64,000 bases of DNA from Vampirovibrionaceae bacterium NZW_1234 (lineage in GTDB: Bacteria > Cyanobacteriota > Vampirovibrionia > Vampirovibrionales > JAGQHJ01), in the NCBI GenBank assembly GCA_041697335.1, contig JBGUGD010000015.1, positions 1-64,000 on the forward strand, read 5' to 3'. Shown one piece after another: positions 1 to 9,785 of the stretch. The translations under genes and the position numbers were made by a program. Within the stretch, counting starts at the first letter, position 1, and each line of letters opens with the position of its first letter. The notes beneath the pieces were generated by a model that ran no database searches, was not told the origin of the DNA, and was given only the letters and a program-made list of their open reading frames with translations.

Positions 1-148
1 CCATACCGGGCGGCGGCGGGGGCATCATGGGGCCCATACCGGGCGGCGGCGGGGGCATCATGGGGCCCATACCGGGCGGCGGCGGGGGCATCATCGGTCC
101 CATACCAGGCGGCGGTGGGGGCATCACTGGACCCATACCGGGCGGCGC
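1..148. repeat. 33-bp tandem repeat (about 4.5 copies) encoding GPMMPPPPPGM on the minus strand
   Basis: CCATACCGGGCGGCGGCGGGGGCATCATGGGGC at 1 and 34; variant copies at 67 and 100; partial copy at 133. Confidence 0.95.
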
Positions 149-577
149 CATAAAGGGCGGTGTTCCTGGCGGGGGTGCCATGAAGGGATTCGGCCCAGGA
201 ATTTGTGGCGGGAAGCCAGGTTGTTGGAAATTCAGGGGCATATGCTGCAGTGCATATGCCTGAGCTTGTAATGCCTTACCCAGGTTCAGATAGTTCAAAA
301 TCGATGCCTGGGCATCGTTATAAGCTTTAATCAGCGCTTCTTGAGGGTTGGCTGGTTGTGCCATTCCAGGAGCGGCAGCAGGAGCACCACCCGGGGTTAC
401 GGTTCCCGGAACAGTTGCCCCATTACTGAAGGCTTGCGGGTTGGTAATATTGATCGTGACCGCCGAAGTCGTACTGGTAGGAAGGGTAGCCGACTGCGTG
501 GCAACGGGATTGACGACCTGTTGCGGCTGCATTGGCACCTGTGTCATAGGCAATCCGATTGGGTAAGAGTATCCCAT
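1..577 (-). CDS. Pro/Met/Gln-rich low-complexity orphan protein (runs off the window's left edge)
   Basis: ATG at 577 (minus) after AGAAGGGG. The frame MGYSYPIGLPMTQVPMQPQQ...PGMGPMMPPPPPGM stays open to the window edge. It is absent from the ORF track because its stop lies outside the window. Confidence 0.8.
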   Translation of the reverse strand, partial: MGYSYPIGLPMTQVPMQPQQVVNPVATQSATLPTSTTSAVTINITNPQAFSNGATVPGTVTPGGAPAAAPGMAQPANPQEALIKAYNDAQASILNYLNLGKALQAQAYALQHMPLNFQQPGFPPQIPGPNPFMAPPPGTPPFMAPPGMGPVMPPPPPGMGPMMPPPPPGMGPMMPPPPPGMGPMMPPPPPGM

Positions 578-736
578 AATGACCCCTTCTGTTTACTCTA
601 GTAGACTTTCTGTACGGACTAACGGACTCGTGATTTTTAATCTATACTAGAAATGACCCTCAAAAAACAGATTTGCTACAAATAGGGTAAAATATGAACG
701 AATTGTTACATCATTACAGGAAACGTTGAAATCTGA

Positions 737-1633
737 ATGTTCTTCCTGCGCCTCTTATTTCTTGTACTGATGTTCACAATCATTGGCCTGATGGTGATGT
801 TTTTTCCCCGCGTCAAATCCATCACAACAGGAACCTATCATTTTATACAAGGCCAATACGAATATGATCGAGGGCATCTTCCCGAAGCCCGACAGGATTT
901 TGAGTTAGCATTGCGAGGCTATCCCGATTTAGCCACCGTATTTATTCGTCTGGGAGATATTGAACGTGCGCTAAAACATCCCAACGATGCCCTGAGCTAT
1001 TATCAAAAGGCCTTGGACGTGAATCCAAAATCCAAAGAAGCGATGCACCGCCTCGCCGAGAGTGAAGAGAAACTTGGGCGCCTGCGCTTGGCCTTGGGTA
1101 TTTACGCCGACCTCCTGAAAGCAGACCCCAAAAACATTGACCTCTGGCGCAAGGTCGGCACCATGTATTACAAGCTGGGCAAAGAACACAGCACCATGGA
1201 GGATTACGATCAGGCCATCACCCACCTTCTAAACGTGGTTGCCAAGGAGCCTGAGGATATGGGTTCTCGCTTTAAATTGGCAGAAAGTTATTTCAACCAG
1301 GAACGGTATACAAAAGCCCTAGGTGTTTACTGTGATCTCGCCATTGATAATCCCCAGTCGGCGGAAGCCCTCTACTCCTTGGCTGTGACATTGGCGCATC
1401 TCAAGGCTCACAAGGAAGCCGCTGAGATGATGGTTCGCGCCACGGAAGCCGTCGAGGTAACCCAGCCAGAACTCTCACAGCCGTGGGCTGCCATTGCCAT
1501 TAAATTCCAGCAAGCCCAGTCTCCCACAGACAAGGAACCACCAAAAGCCGTAACAGCGTGCATGGACAAATATCACACCGCTGAAGAAAAACGGGACAAG
1601 GAAGCCGCTGCGGAAGCTGCCACCGAAGAATAG
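737..1633 (+). CDS. Membrane-anchored tetratricopeptide-repeat protein
   Basis: N-terminal hydrophobic helix followed by repeated LG..Y...G...A...Y..AL...P TPR patterns. Confidence 0.85.
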   Translation: MFFLRLLFLVLMFTIIGLMVMFFPRVKSITTGTYHFIQGQYEYDRGHLPEARQDFELALRGYPDLATVFIRLGDIERALKHPNDALSYYQKALDVNPKSKEAMHRLAESEEKLGRLRLALGIYADLLKADPKNIDLWRKVGTMYYKLGKEHSTMEDYDQAITHLLNVVAKEPEDMGSRFKLAESYFNQERYTKALGVYCDLAIDNPQSAEALYSLAVTLAHLKAHKEAAEMMVRATEAVEVTQPELSQPWAAIAIKFQQAQSPTDKEPPKAVTACMDKYHTAEEKRDKEAAAEAATEE

Positions 1634-1643
1634 CGCTCAAAAA

Positions 1644-2105
1644 CTAAGACTTGGGCAAGGGCGTGGGAGTCGACTTTAGCTTTGGATGCTGTTTGAAAGC
1701 GTCATCAATTTCTTGTCGAATTTGCGCCACGGTTTTGCCTTTTTTCATTTCGTCCCGGGCATACAAGGCAATCTGAACACACATCGGGCAGTATAAGCCG
1801 TGATTATCAAACACAACTTTGGCTGAACCCGGACTTTCTCTGAGAAAGCAATGATAATTGCTTTTATGCCCTTGCTGACCACAGCCACAATAACAGGGCA
1901 GGTATTTTAAGACCTCCGGGTGCTCCAAGGCATAATAATAGGCTTCTTTTTGATCGGCCGTGGCTTTCTGCTCGTTCAAATAAGTGGCTAGACGCTGCTT
2001 TTGAGCCTCAGCAAAACTGTCTGCCCCCAAGACCGTAAACAAAACCATCACCCCGACCAGGACAGCCAAACCAAACCAATACAGCGAGCGAATGTTTATT
2101 TGCAT
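1644..2105 (-). CDS. PCYCGC motif-containing exported protein
   Basis: N-terminal signal/TM segment; LPCYCGC..GHKSN.HCF and HG..CxxC motifs. Confidence 0.85.
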   Translation of the reverse strand: MQINIRSLYWFGLAVLVGVMVLFTVLGADSFAEAQKQRLATYLNEQKATADQKEAYYYALEHPEVLKYLPCYCGCGQQGHKSNYHCFLRESPGSAKVVFDNHGLYCPMCVQIALYARDEMKKGKTVAQIRQEIDDAFKQHPKLKSTPTPLPKS

Positions 2106-2402
2106 GGGTGTTCCTCAATGGACCCGGACATCACGGGGTTTACAGTATCACAAGGGGGCGGCATCTTCTATGCCAATGCGATTAGAGACGCTAATGACAC
2201 CAATTTGTGCCCATTCTCGTGTTCAACTCTTTTGTAACAAAATATTAAAATTTTAGGCATATAAAGCAACTCTATAATATATCTTTTTTTAATTAGTAAT
2301 AACTACACATCGGTTCGGAAGCAAGAAGGGTCGCGAGCGTTTTTCGGATAAACGTGACGCGCGCATTTAGCGAAGAAGAGAAGGAATACAGGGAAGAGGA
2401 CC

Positions 2403-3977
2403 ATGTCTAAAATTGACTCGAAAACGTTATTAACGTTTATGGTGCTGCAAAACAGCCAGAATTCACGCCGTTATAATGATGACCCCTATGGCGATATGGA
2501 TTCTCCTTGGGGCTTGCCCAGCAGTGGCTATGATGATTACGACTACGCTCCACCACGCCGACAGAGCAGCGGTGGGGGCTTTAACCTCTTCAGCTTGTAC
2601 CTGCTGTTTAAAGCCGGTGTTTTCGGCAAAAAGAAGGACGAGACAAGCACCAATACGACCAACAATACAACCAACAACACAAACACGACGAATACTACAA
2701 CCACCCAAGTCCAGCAAATGCAGACGCAAATTACCCAATTGCAACAACAGTTGGCCCAAGCCAAGCAGAATGATGCCCAAGACGCCCAACAAATTCAGTC
2801 GCTACAGCAGCAGTTAGCCCAAGCCCAGCAACAGGCTGCCCAAGCGACCCAAAATCAACAACAGATTCAGCAACTGCAACAACAATTGGCCCAGGCCCAG
2901 CAGCAACTGACACAAGTACAGCAACAAACCAATCAATCCAACCAGACCCAACAACAAAATCAGCAGCAGATTCAGGATCTGCAGCAACAGTTGACCCAGA
3001 CCCAGCAACAGCTGACCCAGGCTCAACAGCAATCACAGCAGTCGGCACAACAGTTGCAACAAAGCCAACAACAGGTCCAGCAATTGCAGCAGCAATTAAC
3101 TCAAACCCAGCAGCAGCTGACCCAAGCCCAGCAAAATGATACCCAGGATACACAGCAAATCCAGCAATTGCAGCAGCAGTTGACCCAAACCCAGCAGCAG
3201 CTGACTCAGGCACAACAGCAGCTCACTCAGGCAACCCAGGCCCAGCAGCAAAGCCAGCAGCAAGTACAACAATTACAACAGCAGCTGGCCCAAGCCATGC
3301 AGCAGATTCAAACTTTGCAACAACAATTGGCCCAAGCCCAGCAACAGCTCGCTCAATATCAACAACAACAGCAGCAGCAGCAAAATACCGGTACACTCCA
3401 AGCCTTTGATCCGGTCAATATCACACCACAGGTAGACTTTATTAACTTTGGAGTGGGCAATGCCGGAACTGGTTTTGGTAGCTCCCTGACCAAAACTCAA
3501 CTGGAAAACTATGCGGCCGGATGGGAAACGCAACAAACCCGAGAGCTGTCGATTCTCTTTGACAAGGTGAGACAGAACCCTGGTTTAGTCGATACAAATG
3601 GCGATGGCAAGTTTACTGCAGCCGAATTCCAGGCTCTGGCAAGACGTTCCGGTAACACGAACACCATTGACGCCAGCGATTTGGGTATTACCGATCCGAA
3701 TTTCAGAAGCATTCAAATCGGGGTTGATGGCAGTGGCAATACCACCTTCAATGGTAGAGCCATGTTCAGCAGTACCCAAGCCACTATCAGCGATATTCAA
3801 ACCTGGTACAACTTCAACAAGCACTGGTTTGAACTCAGCAAGATGTTCAGACACCTGGCTGCACACTTCACTGCCGTGGACACCAATCGTGATGGCTCCT
3901 TGTCCAAAGCGGAGATTGCGGCTCGGGCTGCCCGTACCGGAAACACCAACGACATTGAACTCAGCGACTTCGCCTAG
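2403..3977 (+). CDS. Gln-rich coiled-coil protein with C-terminal EF-hand-like repeats
   Basis: About 230 aa of QQIQQLQQQLAQAQ-type heptads; DTNGDGKFTAAE and DTNRDGSLSKAE loops; GAGGA RBS; TATAAT at 2273. Confidence 0.8.
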   Translation: MSKIDSKTLLTFMVLQNSQNSRRYNDDPYGDMDSPWGLPSSGYDDYDYAPPRRQSSGGGFNLFSLYLLFKAGVFGKKKDETSTNTTNNTTNNTNTTNTTTTQVQQMQTQITQLQQQLAQAKQNDAQDAQQIQSLQQQLAQAQQQAAQATQNQQQIQQLQQQLAQAQQQLTQVQQQTNQSNQTQQQNQQQIQDLQQQLTQTQQQLTQAQQQSQQSAQQLQQSQQQVQQLQQQLTQTQQQLTQAQQNDTQDTQQIQQLQQQLTQTQQQLTQAQQQLTQATQAQQQSQQQVQQLQQQLAQAMQQIQTLQQQLAQAQQQLAQYQQQQQQQQNTGTLQAFDPVNITPQVDFINFGVGNAGTGFGSSLTKTQLENYAAGWETQQTRELSILFDKVRQNPGLVDTNGDGKFTAAEFQALARRSGNTNTIDASDLGITDPNFRSIQIGVDGSGNTTFNGRAMFSSTQATISDIQTWYNFNKHWFELSKMFRHLAAHFTAVDTNRDGSLSKAEIAARAARTGNTNDIELSDFA

Positions 3978-4484
3978 CTAGAAGGAGATTCCACGAGTAC
4001 CGTAGAGTAACACCTCTTCGGGCTCGGCCAGGTCGTCGTGCAATTGCTCAATCGACTTGTTGTAAACCGGATGCATCAGGCGTGAATTGACCTCAAGCAA
4101 CGGGACCAGCATACACGCCCGCTCATGAACCCGAGGATGCGGTAGGACCAGATCGGGATCCTTCATGATCAGATCCCCATAAAAAAGAATATCAATATCA
4201 ATCACGCGCGGGCCAAACTGATTATCCGGATTACGGATACGCCCCAACGTGGTCTCGACGTCCTGACATACCGTCAACAATTCTTCCGGCGGCAGGGAGG
4301 TTTCAATGGCCACAGCCACATTAACAAACCATTCCTGGTCCTTGTAGCCCACCGGCTCCGTCTCGTAAAAACTGGAGGCCGATAAAAGTCGTATGGCTGG
4401 CCGGTCCGTCAACATGCGGATCGCCTGCTGGATGGCCCCGAGCCGATCACCTTCGTTGCTGCCAAGTCCAAGATATACAATCAT
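3978..4484 (-). CDS. folK: 2-amino-4-hydroxy-6-hydroxymethyldihydropteridine diphosphokinase
   Basis: YLGLGSN.GDR, YETEP, GPRVIDIDIL and LPHPR motifs. Confidence 0.97.
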   Translation of the reverse strand: MIVYLGLGSNEGDRLGAIQQAIRMLTDRPAIRLLSASSFYETEPVGYKDQEWFVNVAVAIETSLPPEELLTVCQDVETTLGRIRNPDNQFGPRVIDIDILFYGDLIMKDPDLVLPHPRVHERACMLVPLLEVNSRLMHPVYNKSIEQLHDDLAEPEEVLLYGTRGISF

Positions 4485-4493
4485 AGCGGTATT

Positions 4494-5954
4494 TTAAACC
4501 GGCTGCGGCGAATGCGGCATACCCAGTTCGATGGATTGACGCAACGGATCAAAGACGCCCTGAAGAGTAAAAGGCCGTACCTCAGAGATATCCACCGGAA
4601 CCAGCTGACCCGTTAAGTCCATGTCGGGGTTCAGGCAGTCAAAATTAACCACTGTATTGGTACGGGTGCGCCCTCGCCAGCGGTCAAACTTTTGGCGCTT
4701 GCTCTTGCCTTCCACCAGGACTTCCACGGTCTGGCCTTCAAACTCGCGGTTGATGTCATAAGTCACTTCTGCAATCACAGCATTAAGACGCTGAAGCCGA
4801 TCATCTTTTTCCGCTTCGGAAACCTGGCCCTCACCCCGATTTTCCCATAAGCCAGCCGGGGTTTGCTTTCGGGCCGAGTAGGCTGCCACATTAGCCGCAC
4901 TGAAACGGACCCGACGAACGGCCTCGATTGTTTCCTGAAACTGGGATTCCGTTTCACCGGGAAAGCCCACAATAAAATCGCCACTAATGGCACACGTGGG
5001 AATCCGATCCCGAATCTTATCAATCAGATCAAAATACTGCTCTTTGGTATAGCCCCGACGCATCCGCTCCAGGACCTCGCTGTTGCCCGCCTGCATGGGA
5101 ATATGAATGTACTCCATCACCCGAGGCAAATCCGCCACTGCTTGAATGATGCGATCCGACAGGTCCAAGGGGTGAGACGTCATAAAGCGGATCCGATCAA
5201 TGCCCGGTACCTGCTCATGGATGTCCTCCATCAAGTCGGCCAGGCCATAGGTACTGTGCGTAAAGTCTTTGCCATAGGCATCCACCGTTTGCCCCAGAAG
5301 CGTTATCTCCCGATAACCGGAATCGGCCAGTTGCTTCACCTCATCCAGAATCGATGCGGCGGGGCGACTGATTTGGCGCCCTCGGGTATAGGGAACCACA
5401 CAGTAGGTGCAGAAATAGTCACACCCTTCAATAATGGTCACCCAGGCCGAAACGGTGCTTTTTCGAATCGGGGTAATGTCCTCGAAGTAATCGTAGGTGC
5501 TTTTGTCTTTTTGACGCTGCACCGCCACCAGTTTGGCCGCAGAGCTCTGATCATCGAAGACCTGGCGCACCAGTTGCGGAAGCTCATGGATGTTCTGGGT
5601 CCCAAAGACCAAATCGATAAACGGCACCCGGCCCACGACTTCGTCTTTGGCTTGCTGTGCAACACACCCGGCCATGGCAATTTTGACACCGGGACGTTCC
5701 TTTTTGAGCTTACGCCAGGCTCCCAGATAGCTGTAGGCTTTGTCTTCAGAGTTGGCACGAATCTGACAGGTGTTAATAATGACCAAATCCGCTTCCTTGC
5801 GATTTTCAGTGGGCGAAAACCCTTCTTTCGCCAGCAAACCGAACATCAGCTCACTGTCGTTCTGATTCATCTGGCAACCCAAGGTTTCAATGTAGACTTT
5901 ACGCTCGGCCATCATCATCTCGGGCGAGGTTGCTTCTGGAGAGGTCGTGGACAT
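4494..5954 (-). CDS. miaB: tRNA-2-methylthio-N6-dimethylallyladenosine synthase (radical SAM)
   Basis: TLGCQMN..DSE, radical SAM CDYFCTYC motif, TSHP, C-terminal TRAM domain. Confidence 0.95.
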   Translation of the reverse strand: MSTTSPEATSPEMMMAERKVYIETLGCQMNQNDSELMFGLLAKEGFSPTENRKEADLVIINTCQIRANSEDKAYSYLGAWRKLKKERPGVKIAMAGCVAQQAKDEVVGRVPFIDLVFGTQNIHELPQLVRQVFDDQSSAAKLVAVQRQKDKSTYDYFEDITPIRKSTVSAWVTIIEGCDYFCTYCVVPYTRGRQISRPAASILDEVKQLADSGYREITLLGQTVDAYGKDFTHSTYGLADLMEDIHEQVPGIDRIRFMTSHPLDLSDRIIQAVADLPRVMEYIHIPMQAGNSEVLERMRRGYTKEQYFDLIDKIRDRIPTCAISGDFIVGFPGETESQFQETIEAVRRVRFSAANVAAYSARKQTPAGLWENRGEGQVSEAEKDDRLQRLNAVIAEVTYDINREFEGQTVEVLVEGKSKRQKFDRWRGRTRTNTVVNFDCLNPDMDLTGQLVPVDISEVRPFTLQGVFDPLRQSIELGMPHSPQPV

Positions 5955-6165
5955 AGCACAACACACCTGAACGGTTTTACAGCATCCTTCCTGTTATAAC
6001 AGAAAGATCAATCCCTCTCAAATCTCACCGGCTATCGGCCAAAATCCGTGAAAAAATCAGGAGCCGTCTGGCCTCTTCCCTGAATGGTTCTAATCGGGCG
6101 CCAAACAGACGTGGGCAAAGTTTTGCCTGGGTTTGTCGATACCTCGTTGATACTTGTGAATAAGG

Positions 6166-6843
6166 ATGCCCCCTATCATGGCCATTGTCCTGGGCGAGCG
6201 CCCGGCCTCCCTGCCATTTGTAAAATCGTGGTCGACCTTTTGGGTTGTCATTTCCCTGGTCATCTTGGTCATTACATTGGCCTGGCCAGTCATTACGTTG
6301 CCTTTCGACCACTATCACAATAACGCAACGGCCAACGAAACGGCATTCATGGTTTCCCGGGCCTTTCAGAAATACCGAAAAGCCCACGGCATCAGTGTCA
6401 ATACCGACATGGAAAGCCTGGTCCCCTATTTCTCCCATGCCAAACGAGAGCCCTTTGGCATGATGGATCAGGTTCTGGCTGACCCCAAAGGCGTTCCGGC
6501 CAAAGTGACCTGCAGCGGTATTAGCCCCTATGTAAAGTGCCTTCGCCTGAGAAATGGCGCCCTGTTAATGTATGACCACAACCCCAACCGCCTCGAGAAT
6601 GGCTTTGGCTTTGGCGGCTACAGTGGGCAACACGCCATTACGTTTTATCTGGACCCTGACGGACGATATACAGGAACCCAAAATACCGTCCAGTTTTTCC
6701 TGATGGCCGATGGCCGGATACACACCCTGGGCGATATTCCTGAAAAAACCCGAAACGCTTATCGCTACTATGACCCTATCCCAAGCGCCAACCCTCGCTG
6801 GTTCCGGTGGCGGGTGCCCACCACGCCTTTGCCGAAACGATAG
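6166..6843 (+). CDS. Pilin/pseudopilin-like membrane-anchored protein without a canonical prepilin cleavage site
   Basis: Single N-terminal TM followed by a long helix, a Cys pair, and L.NG / LDPDG..G.N motifs reminiscent of pilin heads; no G|FTLxE. Confidence 0.45.
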   Translation: MPPIMAIVLGERPASLPFVKSWSTFWVVISLVILVITLAWPVITLPFDHYHNNATANETAFMVSRAFQKYRKAHGISVNTDMESLVPYFSHAKREPFGMMDQVLADPKGVPAKVTCSGISPYVKCLRLRNGALLMYDHNPNRLENGFGFGGYSGQHAITFYLDPDGRYTGTQNTVQFFLMADGRIHTLGDIPEKTRNAYRYYDPIPSANPRWFRWRVPTTPLPKR

Positions 6844-6961
6844 CATCACCCTGACACATTGCACAAATTGTTACAAATCAATACGAACTAGCATCAGTCC
6901 CGCTTGAGGGTTCTTATAAAGGAAGAACATTCGTCATTGCGAACGCCAGGGGAGTCATTAC

Positions 6962-8074
6962 GTGAGATTAGCTTTCGAACCAACAGCAACACTCGTGTCG
7001 AGAACTTCATCTCAAGGCCGATTTGGCATGAATGGCCCGGTTCAGGGAGAGGTTGTTCACGCAACGGATCCAACACCGGCCTCAGAGCCCTTTCGATTCG
7101 TCGTTGTTGGCGATCAAGGCTCCGGTAACAAGTTTCGACAACTGTTTGGCAAGCATTTAGAACGCCTTCATGAATTCAAGCCCTTTTCCACCATGCTCCT
7201 GGTCGGAGACAACGTCTATGGTTCGGCTAAAGACGGCGTCAATGAGCGGGACGGAGATCCGGCTCTCTTTAAAGACCGGATTTGGACCAGCTTTAAGAGT
7301 CTGATCCGAAAAGGTGTTCAAATGTTTCCGATTCTGGGCAACCATGATGTCCGTTATGGCCAGGAAGAGGCCCAGTTAAAGTATTGGAACACGCCTCGCT
7401 ATTATAATTTTAAGCGAGGCAATGTCGAATTCTTTGCGTTGGACACCACCACGATGCTGCCCAACTATGACAAATGCTACAGCGATCGGGTCGATTTTGC
7501 CCATAAGATGACCCAGGAGCAGCTGGACTGGCTGGATAAGAAACTGGGCGAGAGCAAAGCCAAGTACAAAGTGGTGATGGGCCACTACCCTATGTACACC
7601 TCCGGAAAATACCTGAATCGGGGTGTTAATGCCGAATTGATTCGCAATTTGCTCCAGCCCTTACTGGTCAAGCATGGGGTCGATATCTATCTTTGTGGTC
7701 ACGAACACCACTACGAGCGTTCAAAACCCATCTACGGGGTCACACAGTTCCTGACAGGGAGCGCCAGCAAATTGACCAAGGATATTGCCCATACCCAAGA
7801 TCCGCCCTATCCACGGGCACACTTGGCTCAGCAGCATCAATTTATGGTGTTTGAAGAACGCCCCGAAGGCCTTGCCTTTAATGCCGTAAACGACAAAGGG
7901 GAAATCATTGATTCCGGTGTGGTCCCTGCCCGGACACAACCCAATGTCGATACCGACGAGACCTCCTCTGGAAAAGGGGGCGCCACCCGTTCTCCTTTAG
8001 CGTTCCTGAAACAAGCCACCGCGTTCTTGAACCGACCGGAAGCCGAAGCTCAGGAAACACCCAAGGCGTCTTAA
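6962..8074 (+). CDS. Calcineurin-like metallophosphoesterase (purple acid phosphatase type)
   Basis: GDQG, GDNVY, GNHD, GHYP and GHEH motifs; GTG start after GGGGAG. Confidence 0.9.
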   Translation: MRLAFEPTATLVSRTSSQGRFGMNGPVQGEVVHATDPTPASEPFRFVVVGDQGSGNKFRQLFGKHLERLHEFKPFSTMLLVGDNVYGSAKDGVNERDGDPALFKDRIWTSFKSLIRKGVQMFPILGNHDVRYGQEEAQLKYWNTPRYYNFKRGNVEFFALDTTTMLPNYDKCYSDRVDFAHKMTQEQLDWLDKKLGESKAKYKVVMGHYPMYTSGKYLNRGVNAELIRNLLQPLLVKHGVDIYLCGHEHHYERSKPIYGVTQFLTGSASKLTKDIAHTQDPPYPRAHLAQQHQFMVFEERPEGLAFNAVNDKGEIIDSGVVPARTQPNVDTDETSSGKGGATRSPLAFLKQATAFLNRPEAEAQETPKAS

Positions 8075-8093
8075 ATAAATTATCTGCAGCTGC

Positions 8094-9638
8094 TTAGTGA
8101 ACCGCGGCGGTTTTACGCTCGGGACGCTGGATGTTATAAATGGGTCCGAATTTACCCCACAGGTAATCCACAAAATACTGGGCGTTCAAAGGCTCTCCGG
8201 TGACTCGAAGAATAATTTCGGCAGGGGTTTCCACCTTGCCATAATAATGAACGGCCTTTTTGAGCCAGTCTCTTAGCGGCTTCATGTTGCCTTTGGCAAT
8301 CTGGGCTTCCATGTCCGGCATTTCTTTTTTGGCCGTGTTATAGAGTTGGACCGAATACATGTTCCCCAGAGTATAGGTCGGGAAATAGCCAAAGGATCCA
8401 TGAGACCAATGAATATCCTGAAGCACCCCTTGGGTATCCGAAGGCGGAACCAAGCCTAAGTAGTCCTGCATTTTTTCATTCCAGACCCGCGGCAGGTCAG
8501 CCACATTCAAACGACCTTCAATCACGTCTTTTTCAATTTCATAACGAAGCAAAATGTGGAGGTTATAGGTTGCCTCATCCGATTCCACCCGAATCAAACT
8601 GGGTTTAGATTCATTGATGGCCCGGTAGAATTGCTCAAGCGATACCCCGTTCAGTTGCTCGGGGAAGAGCTGCTGCAACCGCGGGTAGTGATATTCCCAA
8701 AACGAGCGGCTACGGCCCACCAGGTTTTCCCACATCCGGGACTGGGATTCGTGGATCCCCAACGAAGCGCCATCGGCCAAGGGAGTCCGCATGAGCTTCG
8801 GGTTCAGGCCTTGCTCATACATGCCGTGCCCGGCTTCATGCATCGAGGAAAAGAGGGAAGAAACCATATCATCCTCAAAAAGCCGGGTAGTCAGGCGCAC
8901 ATCCAGGGGCCCCATGCCCATACAAAAGGGGTGTGGAGCCTTATCCAGACGCCCGGCATCCAAGTCAAAGCCCATCGCGGCAATGACTTCCTCGCTGAAC
9001 TTCCATTGAAGATCGGTGGGGGAGTGCTTGTGCAGAAAGCTGGTGTCAGGCTTGTCGGTGGACTCGGAAATCGCCTTGACCAACGGGACCAGTTCTTCTT
9101 TCAGGTTAGCAAAGAGCTTATCCAGCTGGCGTGTGGTCAAACCCGGCTCGTAGAGGTCCATCAAGGCATCATAGGGCGAGCCATTGGCTTTGTCATAGCC
9201 CAGCAAATCAGCCATTTGTCGGTTCAAATCAACAATTTTGTCTAAAACCGGCGCAAATTTGCCGAAATCATTGGCTTTACGCGCTTCAACCCAAACCGTG
9301 TGGGCCTTGGCCGTGGTCTCCTGCAGTTCCTGAACAAGGCTCACCGGGAGCTTGGTTGCCCGGTCAAACTCTTTCCCGACTTCACGCACAAGGGCCCGGT
9401 CAATGGTCTCAAGGCGGTCAAACACTTCAGGGGCCCGCAGGGTCTTTAAAAGGTTTCCCATCTCGTCGGACGTCATCATGGTATGCGACAGCTTGGACAG
9501 GGTCGACATCTGTTTCGCCCGGATCTCAGCCCCTTTCTGAGGCATATAGGTTTCCAAATCCCACCCCAGTAACCCCTGGGTTGTATGAATGTCGTGTATT
9601 TCTCCAATACGTTCTTTTAGGGTATCAAGCTCTCGCAT
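8094..9638 (-). CDS. Carboxypeptidase M32 (Taq family)
   Basis: HPF, HEAGH, HESQSR, GVLQDIHW and GYFPTY motifs. Confidence 0.96.
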   Translation of the reverse strand: MRELDTLKERIGEIHDIHTTQGLLGWDLETYMPQKGAEIRAKQMSTLSKLSHTMMTSDEMGNLLKTLRAPEVFDRLETIDRALVREVGKEFDRATKLPVSLVQELQETTAKAHTVWVEARKANDFGKFAPVLDKIVDLNRQMADLLGYDKANGSPYDALMDLYEPGLTTRQLDKLFANLKEELVPLVKAISESTDKPDTSFLHKHSPTDLQWKFSEEVIAAMGFDLDAGRLDKAPHPFCMGMGPLDVRLTTRLFEDDMVSSLFSSMHEAGHGMYEQGLNPKLMRTPLADGASLGIHESQSRMWENLVGRSRSFWEYHYPRLQQLFPEQLNGVSLEQFYRAINESKPSLIRVESDEATYNLHILLRYEIEKDVIEGRLNVADLPRVWNEKMQDYLGLVPPSDTQGVLQDIHWSHGSFGYFPTYTLGNMYSVQLYNTAKKEMPDMEAQIAKGNMKPLRDWLKKAVHYYGKVETPAEIILRVTGEPLNAQYFVDYLWGKFGPIYNIQRPERKTAAVH

Positions 9639-9785
9639 TATACGGCCTCCTCAATGCTCGGTATGGCGACGTGCCATAAAACGGTTTGAAATGGAACTAT
9701 TTTACCGCTAAAGTCAGGGTTTGTAGACGGGGTTTTTCAAAACCGAACCTCTGTCAGTTATCGATCGGCTCGGATGGAGAATGGC

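Noticed and set aside
1..148. 33-bp repeats as a CRISPR array
   Set aside because: The repeats are contiguous with no spacers, are in-frame coding, and no cas genes are present.
27..263. Gly-rich plus-strand ORF (GPIPGGGGG repeats)
   Set aside because: Reverse complement of the polyproline gene, which has the RBS and the longer frame.
2700..3385. CAA/CAG tract as a non-coding microsatellite
   Set aside because: Mixed synonymous codons and heptad Leu/Ile spacing indicate selection at the protein level.
4863..5999. 378-aa plus-strand ORF
   Set aside because: Antisense to miaB.
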